A stretch of DNA of 64,000 bases from Paragordius varius (Eukaryota; Animalia; Nematomorpha): NCBI GenBank assembly GCA_964247055.1, contig OZ176050.1, positions 14,384,001-14,448,000 on the forward strand, written 5' to 3'. Below are positions 53,701 through 64,000 of this stretch, piece by piece; the stretch's first letter is position 1, and every line of letters begins with the position of its first letter. The translations under genes and the position numbers were made by a program. The notes under the pieces were generated by a model. The model saw only the letters and a list, made by a program, of their open reading frames with translations, did no database searches and was not told where the DNA came from.

Positions 53701-56700
53701 GAGCAAGAGTAAAAAAGCGGCCGCGTATTCAAAGTAATGATCGAGTTTACGTACGACCCGTACTAAACGAAGTAAACGGACAACTTTTAAGGCACTAAAC
53801 AGGCTACTGATACCCTAAAAAATGTATACATAAACACAGTTAAATAATATTTTATACGGAATGTAGATAAAATTTCATTCAAAAGACAAGCAACCATTAC
53901 TTTTTTGAACCATTAGTTTCCTCTCAGAGGCGTAGCTAAATTTTATTTTATTTCAAAAAATAGGTATTTGAAAGTTATTATTTTAAATATCATACATAAA
54001 AATTCACCCATTTATGAGTGGTCATGTCCACGAATTTGATTATTTTTTAAAATGCAAGCGTTTGCATGGAGGGGGAAGGGGCGCCAGAAATGCAAGCTAT
54101 GCCTATGGTTTACCTATATTTATTATTTTTTACCCAATTGAAAATGTTGACAATTTACATCTTTATTTCATCATACTTTGCAATAACAATTATATATATA
54201 TACTAGCGTAAATCTCGTGCTGCTACGCAGCCCGAGGAAGTCCTTCGGACTTCTGGGGGGGACGGCTATTGGAAAAATGGAACAATAAAATGATCCACTT
54301 CGAAACATTATTTAATAATAAAATTTTATAGGAATTTTAAAATGGAGCATTCATACTAATATATTATTTAATTGGGGGAAAAATAGATTTAAAAAATTAT
54401 TTTTGTGGATTTTTTTTAAAAATGGCATTTTACGGGGGGAGCGGGTTAAAATAGGGACTAAATCAAAAAAGCGAGACGACTATGTTCGGCGCAATCGAAA
54501 ATAAGTAAACAAAAATTATATTTGAAATTGAATGGTCCAACACGTTCTCCAAAAAATTGACTTCGAACTGGGGACCTAATTCCAAAAAACGGCGAAGCTA
54601 TCGGGGCATTCATTAATGATTATATTTTTTCGATATTTGAATTTGATTGCGTTCACCGGTTTTCCGGAAACAGATCACAAAGTTACATGAGAAATCAGTT
54701 TTTCGCGGGAAGCTCCTTACCCAGCAGCTATCATCAAAGAAACGCTTGACTTTTTAGCCTTTTAACAGGGAATACGTGGAATCCATATTGAATTTTTACG
54801 GTCTCATACCTAGGGCGAAAAATCGATTTAAAAAATATTTTTGTGGACTTTGTTTTTTTAAAAAGGTGGCATTTTACGGGGGGCGGGTAAAAAGAGGGCC
54901 TAAATAAAAAAAGTGACTCGACTATGTTCGGCGCAATCCAAAATAAGTACAAAAATTATATTTGAAATAGAATGGACCAACACGTTCTCCAGAAAATTGT
55001 CTCAAAGACACGATTTTTGTGGACTTCTGTTTTCAAAAAAAACCCGTTTTTCACACGGGGTGGGCCCGAACTGGGGGCCTATTTCAAAAAAAGGGCGAAG
55101 CTATTGTCGGGGCATTCATTAATGATTATATTTTTTCAAAGTTTGGATTTGAATAGGTCTACCAGTTTTCCTGTACCAGATCACAAAGCCAGCATTTTCC
55201 ATTTTTATAAATATATAGATTAATATCATAATTTAGTATAATTGTTTTTTTAGAAAAAAATTTGTCTTTGTATTTTTATACGTTTTTGTCCGCATAATTT
55301 CAATCTTACTGTAATTTTTGTAAAAGCTTTTAATCTGAAACAGATAGAAAGGTTTTATCAACTTTTAGTTTAGGGGGGATTAGGTTATAAGAGAGACGTT
55401 TAACTGAAAATAAAACAAGTTTATTGATATAAAATTTTAGATTCTTATCTAGATTGATAACGGCATATTACGATTGATTTAATAATGTTGTATACAACTA
55501 TAAATTTAATTTAAAAAACATTTTACTTTTTATATCTTTAATTCCTTGAATCTTTGTAAATTACATTTTTACGGAAACATTAAATAAATCATTTTTGCGT
55601 TGAATCAAAATTTTAGACAAACTCATTTGATTTTTAATAATATAAATCGATGTAACGTATAATATTTACCATGTTAGTTGAAAATAAACAATGTTCTATC
55701 ACACACACCTATATCTTTTTAGGATATAATATGTTGCAACATATTTTCCATTAAAAAAATAGTATAAATATATAACGTATTATTTGAAATTTTAAACCAG
55801 TGGGCGACCCGTAAAAAAATAAAAGTCATAATACTAATAAAATCTTATATCGATGTTCTTATGCAAATTTTCCGTGAATAGATCTAGCAATTGGCAGCGA
55901 GCTAGAAAAATTTGTAATATATATCCATTTTATAATATCTGATAAAAAAACTTTTAATACTTATACATATATTTCGAATGCGTATGGCCAAGTTTTTTGT
56001 GTCAAAAATGCGGCCCCCCTGTGTTAAATTATAAATAAAGGAGAAAAATACCTCATTGACATTTTCAAAAGCACTGAAGATATCGTAGGGTAGGCACGAT
56101 AGCAAATCAATGACAAACCAAGTGCTTAAATAATTGGATCGGATTGTTTTAGGATCGGAGACGATTTCACCTTTGGGCCCGACAAACGTGGTATGAAAAT
56201 TTAGAATGATATCAATGAAAAAGATTATATCAACAACGGCATCCACAACGAGTAAACCAATATTCTCAATCGATTTATTCTTGAAGGCCACATTGAATGG
56301 CACCATGATGGCTGTGTAAAAGGTCAGAAAGAGAATAACCCAATCCCAAAGCGCTTTAAAGGCACAGTAATGCAAAATGATGTGAATTGGTGTTTTAGGC
56401 GTTTCTAGTCGATAATGCGGTAAATTTTCACCATCTAAATGGACGACCTATGTATATATATACAGTATGAGTAAGTATACATTGCTAGAAAGTTATTAAT
56501 TATGGCCAAATAGTAAATACAATAAAGGGGGCAGTATTATTGGTAGTTATTTTTTCACTTTTTACTATTATTTGCCATTGCTGCATATGCTATTTGGCAA
56601 TAATGAATAACTTTTTAGCAATATATACCTACTCATACTGTAAATGCTCTTATGCGCAAATAAAAGAATTTGGCTTTCTTTGTGTCAAGAATAAATGAAA

Positions 56701-59700
56701 GTAAACTATTTAAATATTATTTATCAGCAGTGTTCAAAATTATAAAGACAAAACATTAAAAGTAAACGATAAACATGTTAATAATTCAACCATATTTTTA
56801 ACCTTGATTTTGTTGTATGTAACCATTTCTTTTGGGTGCGAAATTATAAATTATATCGTAATTTAGTAAAATATTTAATTTCTTATTTTATAATTGCTAT
56901 TTATAAAGATTTCATAAAAAAAAGAGGGTTAAAAGAGTAATCTACTTTTAAATAAATGTTTTACCTTTAAGTTTTACAGTATGAATTATACATTGGTAGA
57001 AAGTTATCTATTGTCAAATAGCATATGCATCAACGAGAATAATTATTGGCTAATAATAGTAAAAAGTTAAAAAAAATTATTATAAGCCAATAAACTGCCC
57101 TTTGTTGTGTATGCTATTTGGCAATAATTAAAACTTTCTATAATGTATAGTTACTCACACTGTATGTTCTTACTATTTTTTACCCTATAAATGCTCGTGA
57201 AAATATAAATAAGAATTTGTTTTTAAACAAAATAAAACACATTATACAGTATGCATTTTTAATGGTTGCTTATTTCAGACTACAGTGGAAGGATTCGCAA
57301 CACAGTAATGTACGAAAAAAAAGAAAGGAAAAAATTGTTTATTTTTGTTGTTTTTTCCATATAGTACTATGTTGCAAATTGCCCTATACTATAATGTGAA
57401 ATAAGCAACCATTAAAACTGTAAATAACTTGTCTAATAAGAGCGAAAATTTCTAAATTTATAAAATAAAACAGAAAATTATTTACATGAGCTAAATTGGC
57501 AGATTTAGAACCCAAATCATTTTTTACGCCAATGTGATGATTTCCAGGTTGAAGTAATCCTTTACTCCTGGTAACTGTTCGGGCCAGTCTGGCAAACTTA
57601 CTTAAGCCTATTTAAGCATAGATTTTTATTACAAAAAAAATAATAGATTCAGTTTAATGTAACTGTAAAAATTGAAATTATTTTACACGCAAAACACAAA
57701 AAATCAAAAGACAATAGGCAAGTAACCAAACATTTAAACCTTATTTTCCCATATATATAATTATTTGAATACAATTATAAATAAGTAGGACTGATTGCGT
57801 TACCGATTTACATCTCTATTTCACGCTATGCTGATTAAAACAATGAATCAAATTTAAAGTATAAAAATAAATATGTGTCTTTACGTTTTTAATTTGTCTG
57901 TAAAATTTTAATTTCGAAATGCATATTACCTGGTTTTATATCATGATAGAGTGGTTGTTTGATTGGGGTGATGTCGCGAAATGTCACCAAAAACAGAATT
58001 ATATTTTCTTTGTCATCTTTGATGGGGGTTGTGAAGAGCAGAACCCACAACGGACTACCTTAAACCGCAAAATTAAATTATTATGTAGCATTCAATCAAC
58101 GTTATAATATATATAAAATTAGATAAAATCATAAATATTAATTTTGATCCAAACAATTAAAATCTACAAGTAACCCTTAAATATTTTTTTTTGCTTAAGA
58201 AAAGTAAAATCGAATTATATTTGGTTTAAAGTGGTATCTTAGCTTGTTCATTTATATAGTTTAAAAAATACACAACAATCAAATGTTTTTTGAGAGAACT
58301 CACATGCAATTTATCTTAAAAAATCAGGACTCTACACTAATAGCGAAAAAAATCCATTTTAGAGTTAAAAAAAAGTTTTTGCCATTTTTAAAAAATAATT
58401 ACCATTTTTGCGATACAGCAAAATTTCCAAATGCAAGGATTCCGGGTTCTCAAGCGCACATTCCAAACGTCGAAGACTTTCTTTATCGGTTAGTTCGCCG
58501 GCCAGGAAAGTGCACGTACAACTTTTATGCATAATATCGGCCCGACTATAACCGATCATTTTGCAAAAGGCTTCATTGCAATACACGATGGGAAAGCCTA
58601 CGATTTGAGCGTTAGCCAACAAAAAATTGGAATCTAAGATATATGTAAGGTAAAATAAATTCCATTTTTTTAGTAGCACTTAGACTAAAATCAAATATTT
58701 TTATTAACAATGCGGGAAAACAAATTGAAACCATTACAAAAGCTGGTATTTATATGAATATTGATGCACCTAAATATAAAAATGATTTAGATCGTACTTA
58801 TTTTATGGATAGACCTCAAGGTAAAAATTTAGCCAACACATCATGTGTGAAATAAATTTAAAAAAATACGATTTTCAATAATGTTGTAAAATAAAAATGG
58901 CTATGAAGTGGTTTGATGTGAAACTTTTTTTTCAAAACTAAATTTTATTTAGATATTTTGGAAGCTTATTTATTTAATTTTAGGAAGTATAATTTTAAAT
59001 TGGGATCGGTAGTGTTTAAATACAGATTTATAAAATCATTTGGGATCTTTTACCCTAATTTGAATCGAAATGCCAAAAATTAAAAATAAATTAAAATTAA
59101 AACAAATTTTATCTCTTATTTTACGTTTTGTCTTTATAATTTCATTTTTACAGTTTCTGAGAAATATATATAAAGACACCGTTTAAATTATATTTACTTA
59201 TGAATAAAAACCATTTTACAATATCAAGAGCCATATAAAATCCTATTTCATCATTCAACAAGAAATAATTATGCACATAAATTATAACATATTTCATACA
59301 CTAACTGGTTAAGAATTGAGATAATAACCTTAAAACACTCTAATAGGACGTACTGAAAAGTTTTTATATTCCAATAAAAATAAATAAATTTACTGTTAAG
59401 TGCTTCCTTTTTTTGTTCGCTTGCCTTTGAAGAATAACTCTCAAGGTGTTAATCAAAATCAAAAAAAAATTTTGCTTGTGTTACCACACCTAACTATTTT
59501 CTGCAATTTTATTGATATTATTAATAGCGATATAGAGCTTTATAATATTAAATGAATGTTTAATCCTAACAATATAGCGATCAAAAACTAAGCGATTTTC
59601 CTTATAACAATGTATATATATAGATAAAGCGTTATATAACTATTCACCTAATTTTTGGACAAACAAACTTTTTACCTTAAATATATAGGGAGTTTAGGGT

Positions 59701-60801
59701 TTATATCCATAATTTTGTTTATAATATTAAACATTGATTAAATATTGATATCAAAACTTGGATTTAATTTCTTTCACACACGATTCATTTATTAAGATCC
59801 TTAAAACATAAGCAAACCTTAAAAATTAACCCATGTGATCAATAACACCACTTTATTAATTTTTTGAAATAATTTTTTCACCCGGGATATTTAGAAAAGA
59901 TAGACCAAATTTAAGATATATAGATATTCTTTGGCCTTCTTGGGTCAATATCTATAATAATTTAAAAATAGATAATTTTAATCGTCCCAAACAAGCATAT
60001 GAATTTTATTCATAGTTTAATCATGAATTTAACAGATAATAAATAAAATTGTTTTGAGGATTTAATTTTAAGCTTTCTTGTCAGTATTTACATAGATTGA
60101 ATTGTGATGTGTTTAATATTAGATGCAATGTCATAATTTTGGCAAAAATTAATTCCCAAAAAAGTACACAGTAACGAAAGAAGAAAGAGCTAATCAGTGT
60201 TTTAATTGGCTAAAAAGGGTATATAAATTCATTTGCATATATAAAATATTCGTTTACAATTAGTACATATTTAATTAAAATTTAATAAAAACAGTGGCGT
60301 TGAAATATTATGCAATAATTGTCGAATTACATAGAAATACCAAAAATAGCTCGTTATTGTATAATTACTTACAAGGTACACACAAAAAGCCCAAATAATA
60401 AAGTTTAAAATGATTGATGGTTTTTTTTGCAAATAAATAATAAAAAATTTATAAACGATCTATTAAAAACAAAAATAAAATATAAAATTAAATGTACATT
60501 AATATCAGTTGTCTACTGTTTTCATAAAACAGGGTTTTTTATGTTGCTAAGTTTAGACCGATTTTTAAATTTATTCTATTGTAACACAATCTATTTTCAT
60601 ATATTTTTGCTTTAAACCTATTTAATCTCCCCATTAGATGATAAGGCGTGTTGCAATTTCGTACAAGCCAAAAAATTACCTGTAAAAACGCCACTGTTTT
60701 TGATACTAAAAATCCGTCCGTAAATTATCCATAAAATGTAAAAAAAACCAGGAAATTCAATACAATTAAATACAACTAAAGATTTTATTTAACAATTTTT
60801 G

Positions 60802-60835
<34 letters not shown>

Positions 60836-62324
60836 ATCCATCAATTTTTCTGGCCATACATCTAGCCACAATTAACTGTAGATTCAAGTCCATGGTCGCA
60901 TTTGATAATCTATTTTTTGTTTAAACAATTTTTTAGAGAACCAACTTTAAGACTAAAAGAAATTCTTAATGTGTTCCAAATGAATTTATTTATGATTATA
61001 TTTATGATTAGAGTCTATCTCCTACTAGTCAAGGAGGTTTCAAATTCTATTTTTGTTATAACAGAACCATTTCATTTACATTTTTTTCATCAATAACAAA
61101 CAATGTTTATTTTTGGCTCTCAAGGTCCCTTATATCAAATGATACCACATTTATTTATTGACAAATACACATTGTATAAGTAGCCTGCCTACATCTTAAT
61201 AAACTAATAGTCTAAAATCTATGAATAAAATTTTTCCAGAAAGCGATACACACATAATATGATAGAAAAAAAAATGAATTTAAATTGATTTGGTTCAAAT
61301 TAAAATTAACTTTTTATAACACTAAAATTAATAATTAGTCTGGTAAATATATGGATGGCAAAATATAATTAAAAATTTAGCACAAAAATGGGAGTGAAAA
61401 TTCCATAAAATTAATCCTTATGATAGATGAATGGTTCCTTGTTTTGATAGGTAAATATTAATCTTACGGGTTTAATTATAAATAAAAAAAATTTATTTGA
61501 AACAAATCTCAGATGATGAATGTCCTCAATATATATGTTAGAACAGCATCTTTTGTGTTGATATATCAAAATCGAAAATGCATAGATAAAGTAAGTTCAA
61601 AAAAACAAATCAAATTTTTTTGTTTATTTATTTATCTATCACCTTTTTTACCGCTGTAAAATTTTGGAGCGTATAAATTAAAATGCTCACACATGCGTTT
61701 TAATCAAGTTATTATATTTATAATTTTCAAAATCGAAGTTAAATTAAATGGTTTTGCTTTATAGTGAGAAATTTAGCTATCATACTAAAGTATGAACAAG
61801 TATATATTGCTAGAGAGTTATTAATTATTGCTAAATAGCATATGCAGCAAAAAGAATTATTCTTGGCTAATTATAGTAAAAGGAAAAAAAAATAACTATT
61901 ACGTATTAGCAGATACTGTAAAAAAGATTGCACGCCAGTTCAAAGGCTTAATTACAAGTGGTTATATAGTCAAATCTACCCTAGTAGTAAAAATTTTGAT
62001 AAATGGTTTTGAACAGAAAATATTTCATGTTTTATTACATAATTTATATTAACCATTAAAATTTGGGGTTTTTTTTTCATTTCAATTAAACTAAACCCGT
62101 CTGGTGTACCTTTTTATGACCTTTGTTGTTTTTAATTTTTCGATGCCTTTTTATTTTTAGCAAACACATTTAAATTTTAACAATTTTTTTGGTTTTACTG
62201 TATGTTCGTTAAAAACATAAAATTTTCACACATAAAACTTACGTTGATTATGGGTCCTGCGAATAACGTGCTCTAGGAATGTGTTTTGGGGAGCCACTAA
62301 CCCCTTCCGCGAATTCGAGATCAT
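45617..62324 (-). CDS. eag: Ether-a-go-go (Kv10/KCNH1-like) voltage-gated potassium channel (12 exons, ~1310 aa)
   Basis: Exons (minus): 62324-62243, 58633-58403, 58058-57930, 57607-57486, 56447-56052, 53814-53394, 52921-52722, 51737-51485, 49350-49154, 48811-47510, 47197-47044, 46062-45617; all phase-consistent. PAS cap [16 protein letters not shown] domain, S4 [19 protein letters not shown], pore [13 protein letters not shown]-linker/CNBHD with intrinsic ligand YNL, C-terminal coiled coil. The last three exons rest on frame and phase rather than strong homology. Confidence 0.95.
46754..46819. repeat. (TA)n microsatellite, longest in the window
   Basis: About 30 uninterrupted TA units. Many shorter tracts, e.g. 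1731-1762, 10906-10943, 40668-40698, 50449-50486, 63925-63963. Confidence 0.95.
49403..49757. mobile_element. MITE family A (TA|CCATTT...AAATGG|TA), representative copy
   Basis: TIRs built from 21-bp caattcaaattcacccttgaa units, (TA)n on both sides. Other copies: ~2525-2780, 9009-9272, 9828-10146, 12125-12430, 14320-14730, 17639-17988, 18882-19145, 25582-25860, 29989-30243, 50487-50745, 51773-52080. Confidence 0.9.
50375..51545 (-). repeat. Degenerate tandem array of the eag exon-8 3' end plus donor (6 units, ~150-170 bp)
   Basis: cttagtatggc...tcttgaat...gcgaa recurs with donor-equivalent positions 51484 (true), 51332, 51161, 51006 and 50841, plus a truncated unit near 50390-50440. Confidence 0.9.
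51773..52080. mobile_element. MITE family A copy, about 35 bp from an eag 3' splice site
   Basis: taccatttacagttc...ttttaaatgg|tatata; four 21-bp units in the left TIR. Confidence 0.9.
53926..54107. mobile_element. hAT-like MITE (cagaggcgtagct...agctatgcctatg)
   Basis: Short imperfect TIRs; core shared with 10350-10560. TSD only approximate. Confidence 0.55.
54203..55219 (-). mobile_element. Non-autonomous Helitron (~1017 bp) in an eag intron
   Basis: On the minus strand it starts A|TC (55219) and ends CTAG|T (54203). GC-rich hairpin ctcg-gctgc-gta-gcagc-cgag (54214-54236) lies just before the CTAG. Internal ~440-bp tandem duplication (54388 vs 54826). Confidence 0.85.
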
Positions 62325-63921
62325 GATAGTTTTTGAAAATTTTTGTAATTTTTTAGGATAATATATCTACATGTTCATATTTTAAGGATGGTTATTTGTA
62401 AAACAATTGATAAAGTAGAGGCATATATCCTCACTTGGCCTCACAAAAATTTGCCAATTGAATTGCGCTAAATGCTGTTTTTTTCTATCTATTGGAGAGA
62501 ATGATTTAAGTCATAACTAATGAATTAAATGGAATTTGATGAGTTCGTTAAATCTTTCACTAAAGAGCTGGATCGAATTGGTTAGATTAATTATTTTGGT
62601 GGAGGTATGTCCAAAAAATCAAATTATTAATTGGTAAATTGATTGATATATGACAATTTTTTCGCTCCAATTATTTTGGATTGTGTTGTTTGTTTAAAAT
62701 GATGTGAGAATATGAAAATCCACAAAACCGAGAAACATAAAAAATATTTCATTTCACCATTTTGAAATGTCAAAAATTGGTTGACAAAAATGTGTATAAA
62801 TTAATAGCCTTTTAGCTAATTTTTTTTGGCTCTAGCAAAGTGTTGATCGTTTTATGATGAATTTATTATTATTTTGACAATAAGGAGACAAATATTTTTA
62901 TTACAACTACTTACTATTGTCCTCTCGTTTTCACCTGTATTATAGTTGAACGAAATATAAATGTATTCAATAATAGCTATCTATTAGTATGATAACATGT
63001 AGAAATTTAATTTACAAGAATAAAAACAAGTAGCCTTTTAAAAAAATACAAATAGCATATATAATATATATATATATATATTTCTAGTAAGGTAGTAAGC
63101 AGAAATGTATATACAAGCAGCGAGCTAAATGTTTTAATACATTGTTTTCATTTTCAATTTAAAAGATACGTTTGCTTATTTTTTCAACCATCTATTTATA
63201 AGTATATGTTTGGTCTCTTTATATTCGCATAATTTCGACTTTAGTATGTAATTTTTCATAAATGAATTATTTCAAAAACTTTGACAAAGGCAATATTTAG
63301 CGGTTAAATTTTTTTAGAATTCATATTATCTAACGCTTTAGGATAATAATAAATTCTTGTCTATCAAGCTAAAAAATTTTCCCTTATAAATTATTTATAA
63401 TTTTTGAAAATCTCCTGTGATCAGAGTTTTTTAACTTTAGGCAAACAATTTGATTGTCAAGTTTATCATTTTTAAAACAATTTTTTGTTTACAATTTTCA
63501 AGTATTTTTTTGATAGGACAATAAAATATAAGCGTTTTGAGGCTTGGTCAATATCTTAAAAATTGAGATAAATTGTCATTTAAACCAAAAATAATTTATT
63601 TTTATGAACTTTTATTTTCAAAATATATTATGTCCATTCATAGTACATTCATATTAATTGGCAATATTTGGTACATCTTGTAGGAAAAATTGGTAAAAAT
63701 TATTTAATATATAAAAAAAACAAATTTTTAGCAATTAATATAGTTTTTGATATCATTGTTTATTTTTTATAAAAAAATATATTTTAAGCTTATCAAACAT
63801 ACGATTCGCATATGTTAATGCATTCATTGACTGTCAGACAATTTTATAATTTTAATCAATAACCTTCCGTCCCTTACTTTATAAATTTTCAGATTATACC
63901 AAGCAATAATTCTTTTAAAAG

Positions 63922-63968
<47 letters not shown>

Positions 63969-64000
63969 TTATTTAGCCTATAATAATAGGCTAAATTCAA

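Noticed and set aside
54734-55223. Three short overlapping ORFs
   Set aside because: Inside the Helitron tandem repeat; no RepHel or other motifs.
1-64000. Naming the source organism
   Set aside because: Gene content shows an animal, but AT-richness and tiny introns alone do not identify the taxon without a database search.

Overview
Very AT-rich (roughly 75-80% AT by eye), repeat-laden animal genomic DNA, standard genetic code, GT-AG introns. I reconstructed five spliced protein-coding genes by hand, checking intron phase at every junction. (1) PPP4R2-like, minus strand, 14128-15711. (2) MTMR9-like dead myotubularin, plus strand, 15779-29828, head-to-head with PPP4R2 with start codons about 67 bp apart and carrying a ~545-aa insertion. 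(3, 4) A tandem pair of unnamed 275-aa genes, minus strand, 30481-35129 and 36270-41367. Each encodes a signal peptide, a Thickveins/BMPR1-like 10-Cys ectodomain, an FN3-like beta domain and a CxxC-x12-CxxC tail, with no transmembrane or kinase domain found; these are candidate secreted BMP/TGF-beta decoys and the main finding. (5) A complete eag/Kv10 potassium channel, minus strand, 45617-62324. An intronic tRNA-Ile(AAT) is also present. Six introns of only 25-34 nt cluster around the PPP4R2/MTMR9 starts, and three splice sites have been tandemly re-duplicated. The rest is MITEs (several families, TA- or TTAA-flanked), a non-autonomous Helitron, and decayed mariner, Ty3/Gypsy and RTE-like fragments plus (TA)n tracts. 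No confident gene was found in 1-14000. All exon models are manual and unverified by RNA data, and homolog comparisons are from memory of the families rather than database searches.
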